The position numbers and the translations under genes were made by a program. The notes under the pieces are model-generated. The model ran no database searches, was not told the origin of the DNA, and saw only the letters and a list, made by a program, of their open reading frames with translations. Positions 62,775 to 64,000 of a stretch of 64,000 nt of DNA are shown piece after piece. The stretch spans positions 85,808,001 through 85,872,000 of the forward strand of contig NC_091997.1 of the NCBI RefSeq assembly GCF_044704955.1, in the 5' to 3' direction. How positions within the stretch are numbered: position 1 is the stretch's first letter; every line of letters begins with the position of its first letter. The stretch is from Pristiophorus japonicus (taxonomy: Eukaryota).

Positions 62775-63345
62775 TCAGGAACTTGGGTTGGGGGCGGCAT
62801 GAACTTGGGCTGGGGGGAGGGTGGAGAAAGGAACTTGGGCTGGAGGGGTAAGGAACTTGTCTGGTGGGGGGGGGGGAAAGGAACTTGGGCTGGGGGGTAA
62901 GGAACTTGTCTGGTGGGGGGGGTAAGGAACTTGGGCTGGGGGGGTAAGGAACTTGTCTGGTGGGGGGGGGTAAGGACCTTGGGCTGGGGGGGTAAGGAAC
63001 TTGTCTGGTGGGGGGGGAAAGGAACTTGGGCTGGGGGGTAAGGAACTTGTCTGGTGGCGGGGGGGTAAGGAACTTGGGCTGGGGTGGTAAGGAACTTGTC
63101 TGGTGGGGGGGAAAGGAACTTGGGCTGAGGGGGTAAGGAACTTGGGCTGGGGTGGTAAGGAACTTGCCTGGTGGGGGGGAAAGGAACTTGGGCTGGGGGG
63201 GTAAGGAACTTGGGCTGGGGTGGTAAGGAACTTGTCTGGTGAGGGGGAAAGGAACTTGGGCTGGGGGGGGTAAGGAACTTGGGCTGGGGGTTTGCAGGGT
63301 AAGGTATTGGGCTGGGGGGTTGTGGGGTAAGGTACTTGGGCTGGG
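62775..63345. repeat. G-rich minisatellite (GGGGTAAGGAACTTG[GG/T]CT) of ~20-24-bp units
   Basis: About 25 units in two alternating variants. Confidence 0.92.
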
Positions 63346-63905
63346 ATGGGGGAGCTCTATCCTCTCTGGGCTCTGATGTCGGAATGGATCGAATTACACT
63401 TTGCAAAGTCACTCAGAACTTGGGCTGGGCGGTTCCAATTACACATTCCAGAGAAACTTCTGGGTGTGGCTTATCCTCCAAAGGGACCAATCAGCAATCA
63501 GGTTATGTGATCATGGAGAGCCTATCAGAGCATTTTCTAGCGGCGTCCTGTAACTCAGGCCTCAGTGGGGACACCGTTGTGACTTTCCTGCCTGGTCATC
63601 CCAGGGGAGAAGGGGATCAGCCAGAGTGTTGTTCATTCCTTGGTGAGGCCAGGAGGAGCTGGAGCATATTAGTAGAGCATGTTGATACTTTTAGCCACGT
63701 TTATGTCTTGTGAGATGCAAACACTTCAAGGTAAAAAAGAATCTTACATCTTGGCCTTGTGCAGTGCAGGTAGCTCCACAATTCTGGGGCATCATTGGAC
63801 TATCAGAGCAGCACCTTGGCTATCACCCCGAGAGGAAGTGATGCAGTCACAAGCAATCTGGATTTAACGGCTCTTTTCTCATATTTTACACCGCTACATG
63901 ACAAT

Positions 63906-64000
63906 TGTTATATATGTAAACTTGTATTTACTTTGTACTGCCGCCAGAGGGCTCATTCCCTGGAGTCCCAAGGAATCCCATAATCCCTTGGGAGCACAGG
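63906..64000 (+). mobile_element. Start of another Gypsy-type LTR, truncated by window edge
   Basis: TGTTAT start; CCAGAGGGC...TGGAGTCCCAAGGAATCCCA...TCCCTTGGGAGCAC as in Gypsy B/D LTRs. Confidence 0.8.

Larger units (their letters stand above)
41230..63495 (+). repeat. Segmental duplication copy 2, expanded by TE insertions
   Basis: Collinear with 2150-8960 (see copy 1). Confidence 0.9.

Noticed and set aside
61455-63412. Pro/Ser/Leu- or Gly/Glu/Arg-rich ORFs
   Set aside because: Derived from GA-rich and G-rich tandem repeats.

Overview
Vertebrate genomic DNA, most likely a cartilaginous fish (inferred from the repeat landscape: CR1 LINEs with octamer tails, Deu-domain SINEs, Penelope, short-LTR Ty3/Gypsy, Harbinger). 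Most of the window is transposon-derived and most ORF-track hits are TE remnants or repeat artefacts. Between the TEs lies a tandemly duplicated, + strand immunoglobulin-superfamily receptor locus. Gene A contributes only its last two exons (2273-2307, 2397-2662), encoding a ~100-aa acidic cytoplasmic tail with two YxxI motifs. Gene B can be assembled in full with compatible splice phases: signal peptide 18562-18616, atypical 8-Cys domain 35718-36119, V-set Ig domain plus S/T stalk 38998-39477, TM exon 39640-39756 with Arg and Asp, and a short tail ending at 41357 (361 aa). In gene B the tyrosine-motif exon has been deleted and its splice sites mutated. The pattern resembles a long-tail/short-tail paired immune receptor system, although decay of gene B is not excluded. 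Other notable items: minimal hammerhead ribozymes in Penelope repeats (one sense-oriented in a gene B intron), CTCF-like motifs in most Gypsy LTRs, an LTR element ending ~150 bp upstream of the gene B ATG, a nested Gypsy/CR1 stack, and a deleted ERV retaining env with an immunosuppressive domain. Coordinates and divergences were read and counted by eye; TE boundaries without stated TSDs are approximate.
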